Below are positions 1 through 12,859 of a stretch of 64,000 bases of DNA, piece after piece. Source of the DNA: the human T2T-CHM13v2.0 reference genome, Homo sapiens; assembly GCF_009914755.1 (NCBI RefSeq), contig NC_060940.1. One strand, given 5' to 3'. The notes below the pieces were generated by a model. The model ran no database searches. It worked only from the letters and a program-made list of their open reading frames with translations, and was not told where the DNA came from. How positions within the stretch are numbered: the first letter of the stretch is position 1; each line of letters begins with the position of its first letter. Position numbers and translations under genes: made by a program.

Positions 1-51
1 CTGTCTTTATGGTAGAATGATTTATAATTCCTTGGGTATATACCCAGTAAT
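1..51 (-). mobile_element. L1PA 3' region fragment
   Basis: gtctttatggtagaatgatttat..gggtatatacccagtaat matches the antisense L1PA ORF2 end. Confidence 0.7.
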
Positions 52-97
52 CCCATGTCTATTTTTTTTTTAAAAAAAGGAATTTTAGGAAACAAAA

Positions 98-460
98 AGA
101 AATGAGTACTAATGCTACATGCTACAACTAGGAGAATTAGAAAATATTATGCTAAGTGAAAAAAGCCAGACACAAGAGACTATACATTGTGCCAGTCTAT
201 TCATATGAAATTCCAGAATAGGCAAATCCATAGGGATAGAAAGCAGATTTGCAGTTGCCAGGGCTAAGGTGGGGACACAAGAATAGGCGGGTGATAACTA
301 AAGGGTATACCGTTTCTTTTTCAGGTGATAAAAATATGCTACAATTAACTGTGGTGATGTTGCACAACTCTGTAAATACACTAAAAATCACTGACTTGTA
401 CACTTTCAATTGGTGAGTCATATGGTATGTGAACATATCTCAGTTAAGCTATTTTTTAAA
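98..460 (+). mobile_element. L1MB-type 3' end
   Basis: tatgctaagtgaaaaaagccagacacaa...tccagaataggcaaatccata...atatctca. Confidence 0.8.
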
Positions 461-461
461 G

Positions 462-590
462 GTAACTTTGGGCAAATTATTTAACTTCGCCAAGCTTCAG
501 TTTCCTCATCTATAAAATGGAGATGATGATAGTGGCAAATTTCTAATTCTTGTGAAAATTCATAGGAACAACTTTGTAAAAAAAGCGCTA
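462..590 (+). mobile_element. MIR
   Basis: core ttgggcaaattatttaac..cagtttcctcatctataaaatgg. Confidence 0.8.
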
Positions 591-634
591 CATGCTTTGA
601 CCACTATTGTCTTCAGCTGTAAAAGATCAGAGGA

Positions 635-1107
635 GTATTTCACAAGGTGAAAAAGGTGGAAGCAACCCGATTTTCCATCAATGGATGAATGGATAAACAA
701 AACGTGGTATACACACACAATGGAGTATAGTCAGCCTTTAAAGGGAAGTAAATTCTGACATATACTTCAATATGGATGAACGCTGAGGACGTCACGCTGA
801 ATGAAATAAGCCAATCATGAAAAGACTGTATGATTCCACTTATCTGAGGTCCCTAGAGTATTTTATTTCATAGAGACAGAAAGTGGAATCGTGGTTACCA
901 AGGACTGGGGGAGAAGGGGAGAATGTGGGATTAGTGTTTAATGGGGACAGAGATTCAGTTTTGCAAGATGAAAAGAGTTCTGTGGGTGGACAGTGGTGAT
1001 TACTGCACATCAATGTAAATGTACTTAATACCTCGGAAATGCACACTTAAAAATGGTTAAGATGGTAAATTTTATGTTATATGTATTTTATCACAATCTA
1101 AAAAAGA
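635..1107 (+). mobile_element. L1MB-type 3' end
   Basis: ccatcaatggatgaatggataaacaaa...gtaaattttatgttatatgtattttatcacaat followed by A-rich end. Confidence 0.85.
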
Positions 1108-2129
1108 ATAGAATGGGGAGATGCAAGAGCTAAAGAAAGAAATGTCAGTGGGAAGGAGGGAGAAATTTGGAGGTGTCATAGGACAAAAGATCAGGAGCTA
1201 AGCCCCAGCGGGGCAGATTCACACAGCAGCCGGGCACCAGCAGTCCCAGGATAGCACCCAGCACACCAGAGAGACCCTAGCACTGCCTCCCAGGAGTGTG
1301 CTGGCATCCTGCTCTGCCATCCACACCGCCACCCACACCAGCCCATGGAACAAGACGCACCAGCTCAGAGCTCAGGTGTGGGAGGTGGGAGCCAGAATGA
1401 GTCATAGAAGCGCTGCTCTCAGAGAGACAGAGAGGTCACTGCCTTACTCCCTGCCAATCAGGGAAACTCCCCAAAAACAGAAGCCTCACACTGGGGACCT
1501 GCTGTCCACGGCAGGCCAATTACAGCCCAATTACCTGAAATGCTGATCTGGGCTATACCAACAAAGCAGCCCAAGTCTGTGGAGCACAAAGCTGAGTCAC
1601 GTACATTGATGCCCAGGATGAAACGACTTGGGGGCAATGTCACTGTCTTTGCTAGGGTCTTCCCCATGTGGCTGTGGAGGGTGGTGGGTGCCAGAGGAGG
1701 GGACGGGTGCAGAGAGAAATTACAGAAGACAGAAAAGCTACTTACAGGTCTCTAACTCAGAAAAAGAGGCTGACTAAATCGGGCAGGATTGACAACCACA
1801 TGGACAAGTTTGTCAGTTCAGTGTTCCTTGCTAACCTTGCTCTGTGGAATGAGCACGTCCAGGAAGATGCACCAAAAACCAGAGTGGATGAAACTTGCCA
1901 CTTGTTTTCCCCACTAAAACTTCCATCATGTAGCCCATGATCCTACTGAGATATATTCTCATTCTTTATTTTCACTTCTACGGTGGAGGAGGTTGTGAAG
2001 TGAGTATAGAAACAGCCAGACATATGAACAGACATATGTATTTGAGAACCATTTAAAAGGCCTAATTCAAAAGTACAACTATGACCACCCACCCATCCAA
2101 GTTCTGTAGTACACAAAATTTCAGCATTA

Positions 2130-3630
2130 AAAATTCAAGCCTGACATTCAAAACCATTATTTTTAATATCAGTTTAGAACTTCTAGCCAATGCAATAAGG
2201 CAGGAAATAAAAATGAGAAGTGATCTATACAAAAGAATCTCTAAAATATTATTTGCATACACAGTCATATATCTTCACAGCCCAAGTGAATGAACTGAAA
2301 TACTTTAGAATGAATTTAAATATTCAGAAAGATGTGTAGTTCCCAAATACAGATCTAATCAACAATCAGTAATAACCAGTGAGAAAATATAGTAGAAAAA
2401 AAGTCTATTTATAAAGGCAACGAAAATAGAAAATGCTTAGAAATATATTTAATGAGAAATGTGCAGGATTAAATGAAGCAATCCACAAAACTTAACTGTG
2501 ATACACTAAAAAAAAAAAAAGAGGTTTTACCAAATAGAGACACTTCTATATTTGTGGATGGGAAGTTTCATTACTATAAACATGTTAATTTTTTCAACTT
2601 AAAGCAATTTCAATCAAAACCCCATCTGGATTTTTTAAACTTGACAAGTTTATTTTAAGTAAATAACAAACAGGAATAGCCCAGAAATTTCTGAAACAAA
2701 CAAACAAAAAAAGAATTCAAGACTTCTACTGCCAATTATTAAAAAATAAAGCTACAATAAGGTAGTAAGTAAGCATAGACAAAAAACCAAATTGCATAAA
2801 AAGCCCAGAAACATATATATATATAATATATATATAACATGTACTATATAAGATGTGTGTATAAGAATTTTATATATAATAAAATGGTATTTTAGATTCT
2901 AGATTCAATAAAGTGGGATTGGGACAACTGGTTAAGTAAAGGGAAATTATAAAATGCCTACCTTATATCATTAACCAACATGAATCCAATTTACCTCAAG
3001 AATTAAATGTAAAAAAAAAATGCACACACACACTTGTGATTTAGAGACAGACAAGGTCTAAGCTTACAGAAAAACATAAAAGCTTTTATTAAACATTTTA
3101 AATTTTCATATATCAAAAAGTGTCATAATCTAGGTTTTAAAAAAACATTATGGGGAAAATATTTGCAGCATAGGTGGTAAAGTTATTTTTAATACTGAAA
3201 TGAATTCTATGATCTAAGAAACAGATGAACATATTAATGGAAAAGGTCACGAAAAAGAAGTGTGTGAGGGTAATAGATGATATCTAAATAAAATAAATAA
3301 AACAAAAGATATTTAAACAAACAACAGATATTTAAATTCACCAGTAAACAAATAAAAGATATTTAAATTCACCAGTAATAAAAGTATTGAAAAAAATGAA
3401 TTGGCAATTTTCACAAAATTGGCAAAAATTAAATAATCGCCCAGCATTGGCAGATGTTCAGGTAAAATGGGCATTCTCATGCGGGGGAGCTGTTAATGTT
3501 GGACTAATTTACAACATTCCTGAAGGACAATTTGGCAACGCCCATGAAAAACCTTTGAAAGAGTTACATGTTTTGGTTAGTAATTCCACTTTCAGAAAAC
3601 AGCCTAAGGAAATAACCAGAACAATGTGCA
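2130..3630 (+). mobile_element. Old L1M (ORF2 RT to 3' region), degenerate
   Basis: ctagccaatgcaataaggcaggaa (LANAIRQE motif), A-rich L1 composition. Confidence 0.7.
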
Positions 3631-3639
3631 AGGTTTCAA

Positions 3640-3875
3640 CATCACCACGTTATGGGAACCATGTGCACTTACTAGGCACAGTTCTATGCTTCAAATGGAT
3701 TGTGTATTTTAACCCTTTAAAAAATAAGAAACAGATCCTAATGTAATCTCTACTTTTACAGATGAGAAAACTGAGATATACAGAGATCAAGAATCATCCA
3801 AGGTCACACAATACGAGGTGGGGTCAGAATGCAAACCCAGGCAGTGTGCCTACCTAGCCCAGACTCTTAACCACT
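3640..3875 (-). mobile_element. MIR
   Basis: ttttacagatgagaaaactgag...ccaaggtcacac...aacccaggcagt. Confidence 0.8.
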
Positions 3876-3984
3876 AAGATGTCACTAAAGAAGCATCAAC
3901 ATCAACAGGAAACACTTTAACACTACCTAATGTCCAACAACAAGGATTGATTAAACACATTCCAGAATATTCACTTGACAGAAT

Positions 3985-4760
3985 TAATGGATGGATGGGA
4001 TGGATGGATGGACTGACAAATGGATGGATGGATGAATAAAACAGTGGGTGGGTTAGGGGATGAACGAGTGGATATATAAATGGTTGAGTGGGTAGAAGGG
4101 TGGAGGATGGATGGAGGATGGATGCATGGATGGATGGATGGATGGATGGATGGATGGATGGATGGATGAATAGATGGATACACTAACGAATGAATAGATG
4201 GATGAATGAAAGAGTAGGTGGGTTGGGATGAATGAGTGGATATATAAATGGGTGAGTGGGTAGATAGGTGGAGGATGGATGGAGAATGAATGGATGAATG
4301 GATGGATGGATGGATGGAGGATAGATAGGTGGATGGGTAGAAAGGGTGGATGAATGGGTAGGTGAGTGCATGGATGAAGAGATGTATGGATGGGTGACAG
4401 GGTAGGTGGGTGAGTGAGTGGGTGGATGGATAGATGGATTGATGGATAGATGGGCAGATGGATGGACTGACAAATAGACAGATGTATAAATGAAAGACTG
4501 GGTGGTTGAGTGGATAAATGAGTGGATATATGAATGGGTGAGTGGGTAGATGGGTGAAGGATGGAAAAAGAATGGATGGATGGATGGATGGATGGATGAA
4601 TAAATGAAGGACAGATAGGTGGATGGGTAGATGAATGGGTGGATGAATCGACAGGTGAGTACAAAGATGAATAAATGTATGGATGGGTAAGAGGGTGGGT
4701 GGGTGGGTAGGTGGGTGGATGGCTGTATGGAGGGATGGACCGACGGACGGACTCATTGAT
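3985..4760. repeat. Degenerate (GGAT/GGGT)n array with higher-order structure
   Basis: Long runs of tggatgga; recurring gagtggatatat(a/g)aatgg at 4066, 4234 and 4520. Confidence 0.95.
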
Positions 4761-5734
4761 GGTCTAAATCACAAAACCTTCCTTTGGTAGCATGTCGTCA
4801 TTTTTGTTTCCACTTACATGTATTGAACATCAACTTCATGGTAGGCAAACCTCCAGGTTCCATGTTAAGCCCTCAATAAAACAGGAAACAATTACACAGC
4901 AAAACCCAATACTTCTGCTCCCAGAAGTAAAACCTTAAATGGTAAGCGCAGACATTGTGAGGGAGCCCTCAAACCAGAAAGTGTTATCTTCTTAAGTTCT
5001 TAAAATCTCTTCGTTTTATAAAATAGAGAGAATTCAAAAGAAGTCACAAAGTGTGAAAGTCTTTATTTGCAGTCTAAATCTCAAGGAACCACAGACAAAA
5101 AGCCCCACAGCTGTCTGCAGTGATTCATCAGCTCTAACAGAAGTAGCAGCACTTCAACCTGGACTGGGGTGTATGAATGGGTCAGGAGAGATGTTTCTTA
5201 AAACTTGTGTAGCCACAGGTCTCACCTACATCCCAGTGAAGCGGGATTGGCATTAGCCCCCAGAAACCCCAGACATTGTGAGCTCTATCTTAATTTGTTG
5301 TCATCTTAATGCAAGTAAGATTATTTTCTCTGTTTTTTGTTTGTTTGTTTGTTTGTTTTTTGGGGGTTTTTTTGCCCCTTTCATCTCAGTCCATCAAGAT
5401 TTTCTATAATATATATCAGTTCAAATTGTTTTAGTATTTTTTTTAATTTAACCCCTTCAAAATCAATTAAGGATGAAGATAAGTAAGAACTGAAAGCAAC
5501 ATCCTGGTCTCCCCAGAAGAAATGGTGCTGATAAAGTGCCTGAACACAGGCTTGGCACCCAGTAAGTGGTAAAGAGATCACTTAGTGGTTGCGGTGGTGG
5601 TGGGACTGTACTATTCCTCCTGCCTCTTCTGCTGCTTCTGCAAAGGGAAAAGGGAACCTCCCTACTGGAGTGAGTCATATAGACACCTGATACTCATTCA
5701 CTCATTTATTCACCCATTTAATATGTTCAAAGCC

Positions 5735-5870
5735 CCAGGAATTAGGTATCATTATTCCTGTTTGGAAAATAAAGAAACTGAAGCACAGAGAAGTTAGAGC
5801 AACTCATCAAAGCTACACAGAAGCAGCAAAAGACTGAGATCAGATCAGTGTGATTCTAAGTCCAGAGACG
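5735..5870 (-). mobile_element. MIR
   Basis: aaagaaactgaagcacagagaagtta. Confidence 0.65.
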
Positions 5871-6179
5871 CAGAAAAGGCAGGAGCCCTGGGGAACACAC
5901 GCTGGGTCTGGTTAGCACATGTGTACTGCTGACATCCTGCTCCCTAGGCCTGCTCCTCTTTGCCTTTATTTTCACCTCCCCATTCCCTAAGCAACTCTAT
6001 TAACCATAGCACAGCTCTGGAAAGCAGAGATTTCTTTCCCCTTCACACATTGCATCCTTTAACACCAGCTTTACACTGACACCATGAAGATATCCTTTCT
6101 GCAGGAAGCCCTGTTCAGACCTCCTGACCTGAGAAAGCAACAAGGTGATGACCAAAAGAAGGAAAAAAAAGAAATTAGC

Positions 6180-6320
6180 ATGTAGGAGCACCCTATAGAA
6201 GGTACTTTATTTCCATCATTTTATTTAATCCTCCCAACAACCTTACAAGAAAATGTCATTGTCTTCAAAATACAGGTGAAGAAACTGAGGCTCTAGGAGG
6301 TTAAGCAACTTGCCCATGTG
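6180..6320 (-). mobile_element. MIR
   Basis: tttaatcctcccaacaacc...gaagaaactgaggctc..ggttaagcaacttgccca. Confidence 0.75.
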
Positions 6321-7064
6321 ATAGGTAATATTCCAGCTCTGTAAGACCTACAGTCAAAGGCCATATAGGGGTCTCCACCAAACTAAGGTTTTAGTGGCAT
6401 GGGTCAACACAGCAAAGGAATTTTCTGGTCAAGCTCTCTTCCAGTTGACAGAGGAACAGAACGGTAATGTTATCTCTGTGACAGCTGGCAGCATGTCCCC
6501 CAGGAGAAGGAAGTGGACAGTCCTGGATCCCCACCCACAGTCCTCCTGCAGTGAGCTCTGCAAGCCTAGCAGTAGGAACCAGTGCCACTGAGCCACCTGT
6601 CTCCCCTAGGCCTGGGATGCCTCTGTAAACAGAAACCTAAGGGTCTCTCTGATGCCACAAATGTGAAAAACCCCTGACCTACAGGGTGAGTGACAGATAC
6701 AGGATGACGAAACCATGGTGCTAGAGGCCCTCCATCGAGGAAGTGCATTCACAACACTTTAATCTGCAAAACCACTCCCCCACGCTGGGGGCAGGTGCTG
6801 CTAGCACCCTGCAAGTTCAACAAACCAATCAAGGTGAGAGGTTCAAGCAACCTGCCCGAGGGTCCCCCAGCTAGAATGCAGGGGCCTGAGGGTTTTTAAC
6901 TGAGACCTTCTAACTCCAAATCCCATGTGCTGTCCATGACACCAGCCAACCTCTTTTGTGTCACCTGAGCAACTGGAAAAGCCGATCACCATTCCCTATG
7001 ACAGCCAGTGACCATGCAAACAGGAGCCAAAAGAAACACATAAATACTCAAATACCCACAGCAA

Positions 7065-7315
7065 CAAGCAGTCCAGTAGACTGGAATCAAGAGTGCCCGC
7101 AGTACATAATCCCAGCCTGACACTTACTAGCTGTGTGGCCTTGAGAAAGCCACCAGACCTTTCTGTGCCTTCAATTCCTCATCCCTAAAAAGAATATAAA
7201 AACAGTACCCCCTTCATGGAGTTGGTGTGAGGATTAAAACACTTCAAATGATGGCTGTGTACTGTAGGAACACAGTGAGTAAACGTCAGCTGTTATAATT
7301 ATTGTTGTTATTACT
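7065..7315 (+). mobile_element. MIR
   Basis: acttactagctgtgtggccttgag...gtgaggattaaa. Confidence 0.8.
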
Positions 7316-8529
7316 ACTACCACAAAGAGATGACAGTTCGCAAGTTATCAACCTGGAGCAAGAGGTGATTTCTGCCCTAGATTTAGCTTTTGGTAGCAAA
7401 ATACCACAATGATAGCATTGCTCTGTGATGCCTCTGGAGAAATTTGGAGTCAATTCAATCCTCCCTATGACCAGGACAGCTTGGAAGGGTTTCTCCAGCG
7501 ACCTTCCACTTATGTTGTCCCTCTTGACCCAGAAGACAGGGAAGGGCAGGGGGTACCAGTGACACCACTGGTTCACCCACAAGAAGTAACACGTGGCCGC
7601 GACCCAACTACACAGCCCTGTGACTGTCAGGATACCCCCTCCTGCTATCAATCAGCAAGGCTGCTGCAGGCAGAAGGTAAAGCTCGCACTTGTCTCTGTA
7701 TTATCCACACACAGGTCCTTGGAATGTAAAGAGTGGATGGAAAGGAAGCAAACCTCAGAAGACTAGCTCTGTTCCCGAGACCTTCCTTCTCCCCTGGGCT
7801 CCAACAGGTACCTGCACAAAATGCTGGGCTGTACCTGCGTGAAAATAAGGGCAATTACTCCCCATTCCCATGACAATCCGCAAATGATGGGGGACTAAAA
7901 TCCAACTCTGTCTGAGCAAAAGCACAGGCTGAGAACATAATAAATTGATACCAAATTATCCTATCCTGCTGACCCAGGGAGATCTGACTTTATAATCCCA
8001 AGCGCTATGAATTCAGTAGTGAATTGTGCTGTGGGAAGAAAAAGGCTTCTTTAGACAAGCTCGAAATGTTCCATTTGGCACCGACTCCAGTAGTGACCTC
8101 TTGTTCTCTTCTTACAGCCAGATTTCTAAAGTGTGAATTCTAAGCAATTTTCCTTGCATCCTCTCAAGTATTCTGGAATCTTCTGACTGTTCTAAATCAG
8201 TACTGAAGACAGGAAAAGTAACCCCAAGAATGTAGGGCAAAGGAAGCCAAGTGCCCAAGACAGACTGGGAATAATTCCTGGCTCAGACAGCCCAGGCGGG
8301 ATCTTCCCTTAACAACTAGACAATCCAGGAAAGAACACTACCAGGTAGCTTAGAAGGCCCCCTTTTGCAGGTGTGAGGGTGTGGGGCAGGGGGAGGGACA
8401 CCAGTGAGGCTGCAGGAGGTTCTCCAGCAATATGGCACAACATAGAGACCACTCACTAGGACACTGTGCTTTTATCATAACCCATTATTGTTGGCTGAGC
8501 TTGCTTAAAAAACTGAGCAGACTTTAACA

Positions 8530-8800
8530 ACTTGCAGACTTCACTTAAAGTCCAGATTCCCAGCTTCTCTTCTCTTTAAAAAAAAATTAATAGAACTGCA
8601 AATCAGCAGCCCTAGGACTATATTCCAATATGGTAACAACTGGCTGGATTTCAAAAGCCACTACCTCTCCTGGGTTTGCCACAATCCCCAGTACTCCCTG
8701 TTGTGTCCCCAGAGCTGAGGGTTGGCTGCCATTTATCATCATCTGTGTGCTGTCAGTTTTCTTACGGCATAGAAATCTCTCTCTGTACTCAAAAGAAAAT
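8530..8800. mobile_element. hAT-Charlie DNA transposon remnant (MER102/Charlie4-like)
   Basis: aagtccagattcccagcttctc...gtttgccacaatcccc..ctccctgttg...tgccatttatcatca. Confidence 0.6.
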
Positions 8801-8929
8801 CAGCAAAACAAAATAAAACAAAAGATAGAAAGGCCAAAATAAAACAAAACAAAATTTCAAGAAAATTAGGGAAAGGCCCACCACCTGTCGATGTTCCTTA
8901 TTTGCATGAACCACCCCATAGTGAGGATC

Positions 8930-9215
8930 TCAGCATCTAGCATCTGAAGAGTCTGGGTTCAAATCCCAGCCTGGCAGTTTCTCGGGAGGGAGGCCTGGGG
9001 TAGGTATTTAACCTCTCCAAGCCTCAGAATTCTCATTATTAAAAGGAGAATAAAAATACCTATACCTCATAGGGTTAGGGGAAGGATTTAAGAAGATATC
9101 GCATGCAAAGGACTAGACACAAGGCCGGGACCTATCACGTGCTTAATAAATCTAGACACAAGGCCTGGGCCTATTACGTGCTTAATAAATGCCAGGGATT
9201 GTTGTTACCAATGTT
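8930..9215 (+). mobile_element. MIR with internal 39-bp tandem duplication
   Basis: ctgggttcaaatcccagc...tttaacctctc; duplication at 9113-9190. Confidence 0.8.
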
Positions 9216-9794
9216 GTCGTGAATAGTGGTAGTGGTGGTGAATAGTAGCTGGTGGGAATGGGGTGGCAGCTTCCCCTCTGGAGTGTCCCTTCTAGCATCA
9301 GGATTGAGCTTCGTCCCCTTCCCAACTTCTGAGGCCAGAGAAGCAAGTACCAGACAAAAGAGTCACAGCCACAACCAAAAGCTATCTTCACAGACCCCTC
9401 TAGAACCACTGAGTAAGTGCCCTAGTTTCTTTGCCTTGCAGCCACATACACCCTGCCAAGTCTCATCTCCATTTCCTGCACACACCTATTTATGGCTTCC
9501 TCTGGTCCTTCTGATTGGAACCCTTCCTACCTCTGCCCACCTGGAAGCCCTTATTCACATCTGAAGACTCATTAGACACCAGTACCACAAAACCTTTCCT
9601 GAATTCTCAGGCAGGATTCTTGAATCCATTCTATATTTGTTCATTTTCTCCACTAAACCATGAGCTCTTCAAAAGCAGGGCACAGTGAACTCTGTGACTC
9701 CAGCCTCCACCCCAGTGACCAGAATGTTACACACAGAGAACACCAGTTCAGCCATGGAGCCAGTTCACACTCACAGGTGATTCTGGGAAGATTA

Positions 9795-9842
<48 letters not shown>
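9795..9842. repeat. (AAT)16 microsatellite
   Basis: Perfect aat run. Confidence 0.95.
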
Positions 9843-9843
<1 letters not shown>

Positions 9844-9919
9844 TAAAGAAAAGAGCATAGGCTTGGGGCCAGAGGTGTAGGTCTGTGCCCTGGCTCTGCC
9901 TTTAAAACTCAGGTGGGTG

Positions 9920-10178
9920 GACCGGGCGCGCTGGCTCACGCCTGTAATCCCAGCACTTTGGGAGGCCGAGACAGGCAGATCACGAGGTCAGCAGGTCGAG
10001 ACCATCCTGACTAACACGGTGAAACCCCATCTCTACTAAAAATATAAAAATATTAGCCAGGCTTGGTGGCAGGCGCCTGTAGTACCAGCTACTTGGGAGG
10101 CTGAGGCAGGAGAATGGCGTGAACCTGGGAGGCGGATCGCGCCACTGCCCTCCAGCCTGGGCGACAGAGCAAAACTCC

Positions 10179-10211
<33 letters not shown>
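9920..10211 (+). mobile_element. AluY with 18-nt right-arm deletion, inserted in a MIR
   Basis: AluY diagnostics (accatcctg.ctaacacggtg, gaatggcgtgaac); long poly(A); TSD aaaactcaggtgggtg at 9904-9919 and 10212-10227. Confidence 0.95.
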
Positions 10212-10218
<7 letters not shown>

Positions 10219-11425
10219 AGGTGGGTGATGTAGAGCTATTCACTCAACACTCAGAGCCTTGGTTTGCACAAATGGAAGACAGGGTTAATAAGAAATATTT
10301 CTGAAGAATTCTTGTGAAGAATAAACAAGATAACTATTAGAAAAACAACCCAATGCATTATTACCAGCACCCCTCACCCACCATCTGGCCCAACACCACA
10401 ACCACCACCAACAACAACCTCATCCTCATCTCTACCCCCAACTTAACAGTTGATCCCTGTCCTTGAGCTGCCCTTGTCTCTCATTCTTCTTATTCCCAGT
10501 TCTGTCATGAGAGGTCAAAGGGACCCAGTTTGGGCATGGATACCAAATTAGCTCACCCTGATATAAATCAATCCATCAAAAAAAGAAAAGTCATAGAAGG
10601 GGCTAATTTTACATTCTTTCTGTACATGGTTGAATATTACCATCGAGAACATTGAGGATAGAAAAATACAGTCAAAATATAAGGTTAAAGCTTAAGCTGT
10701 AAACTGGATATACACTGTGGTTCTAACTGTACCTAAATAAAATATATATAGCAAAACAGAGCTAAAGAAACTTGACCAAAATATTAAGAGTGGGGAATGA
10801 TTATGGGAGATTGTTGTGTGTGTGTTTTATTATTTATACTTTTAGTTTCCAATTTTCCTCTGGTATTCTTATTTTAATTTATGATTTAAAAAACAACAGA
10901 ACACAACTGAATACCTAGCAATGTCTTATTTAGGGCAGTTAATCATTTTTAAAATTGTTGAAAACATATAAAAGTTATTGAAAATGCATAAAGCAGTTGG
11001 TCACCTGCCTATGGTAGTCACAACTTTTCACAATAACAAATGCAAAACATGGTCTTTTCATATATGCCTGGAATATTTACCGAAAAATTTTAACAAGTCC
11101 TAGTCCACTAGAAATACTCAATAAATACCAAAACCCAGAAATTAACCCCCTATTTAGTCTGTCCAGAAAACAATGAAAAGCAAAATCAACAGCTAAAAGA
11201 TTACGCAAATTATTTATCTTAGCAAAAAAAAATTGCTAAAAGATAAAGTCTCAGACACCCCAATAACTAACTCTTGGCTAAGGAAGGTAATCCAAATTAT
11301 CAGCTACCTACAAAATAAGGACAACAACTCCAACACATACCAAAACTTAAGAATTCAGCTGAAGCTGAGTTCAGGGGGAAAAATAGCCTTATATGAAAAT
11401 TTTTTTAAAAAAATTTAAAAAAAAG

Positions 11426-11909
11426 CATACATGTGCATGTGCTATAAAGACACATGCACACATATGTTTATTGTGGCACTATTCACAATAGCAAAGACTT
11501 GGAACCAACCCAAATGTCCATCAATGATAGACTGGATTAAGAAAATGTGGCACATAGACACCATGGAATACTATGCAACCATTAAAAGGATGAGTTCATG
11601 TCCTTTGTAGGGACATGGATGAAGCTGGAAACCATCATTCTCAGCAAACTATCCCAAGGACAGAAAACCAAACACCACATGTTCTCACTCAGAGGTGGGA
11701 ATTGAACAAAGAGAACACTTGGACAGAGGAAGGGGAACATCACACACCGGGGCCTGTTGTGGGGTGGGGGGATGGGGGAGGGACAACATTAGGATATATA
11801 CCTAATGTAAATGACAAGTTAATGGGTGCAGCACACCAACATGGCACATGTATACATATGTAACAAACCTGCACATGTACCCTAGAACTTAAAATATAAT
11901 AAAAATATA
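11426..11909 (+). mobile_element. 5'-truncated L1PA 3' end with short 5' fold-back
   Basis: Near-consensus aaagacacatgcac...ggaaccaacccaaatgtcca...cctagaacttaaa; degenerate TSD ttttaaaaaaa(t/g)ttaaaaa(a/g)aag. Confidence 0.95.
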
Positions 11910-12412
11910 TTTTAAAAAAAGTTAAAAAGAAGAAAAATATGTAAAGCACAAAGTACAAAAAGCAAAAAACACACCCACAAATATCATCTTGTTCCAAGTA
12001 GGATAAAATGATTAATTTTAAAAGCACAAAATAATTAACAGAAATAAAAAATAAAAACAGTAGACTGGATCCAAAAAAAAAAAAAATCAGTTCTTTAAAA
12101 GCACTGATTAAAAAACAAACCCAGAGAGAGAAATAAAAAACTTAAAAACATTATCTGTGAAAAAGAGGCTATAAACACAAAGAGATCTTAAAATATTATG
12201 TATTCTCCACAACAAATAAACTTGGCAAATACAGAAGAAATTAATGATTGCATTAAAACAACCCACCCAAAAATATATTATCAAAATTATTAGAGAGGAG
12301 GGAGAAAAATCTGACTAAGCTAATAATCAGAAATTAGAAAAAGTTGCCAAAGAACAACTATGAAGGGAGAGAGAGTACTATGTCCAAATGATTTTATTAA
12401 TAAACTATTTCA

Positions 12413-12718
<306 letters not shown>

Positions 12719-12859
12719 TCAAAAGATAATGTAAAAGCTGCTCAACTCATTTTACATTATAGAAAAATATAGGAATCTATCAATCTATTTTGTGGCTTGC
12801 CAAACTCTGATTCCAAAATCAACACAGATAATTCAGGAAAACAAAACCAAAAACTTTAG

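Noticed and set aside
1200-1950. GC-richer block with CCAAT and AP-1 motifs as a promoter
   Set aside because: No CpG island; such short motifs are expected by chance.
3971-4756. 261-, 203- and 96-aa His/Pro/Ser/Ile-rich ORFs
   Set aside because: Translation of the stop-poor (ATCC)n strand of a microsatellite; no splice or domain support.
9660-9939. Poly-Asn and poly-Tyr ORFs
   Set aside because: Translation of the (AAT)n repeat.
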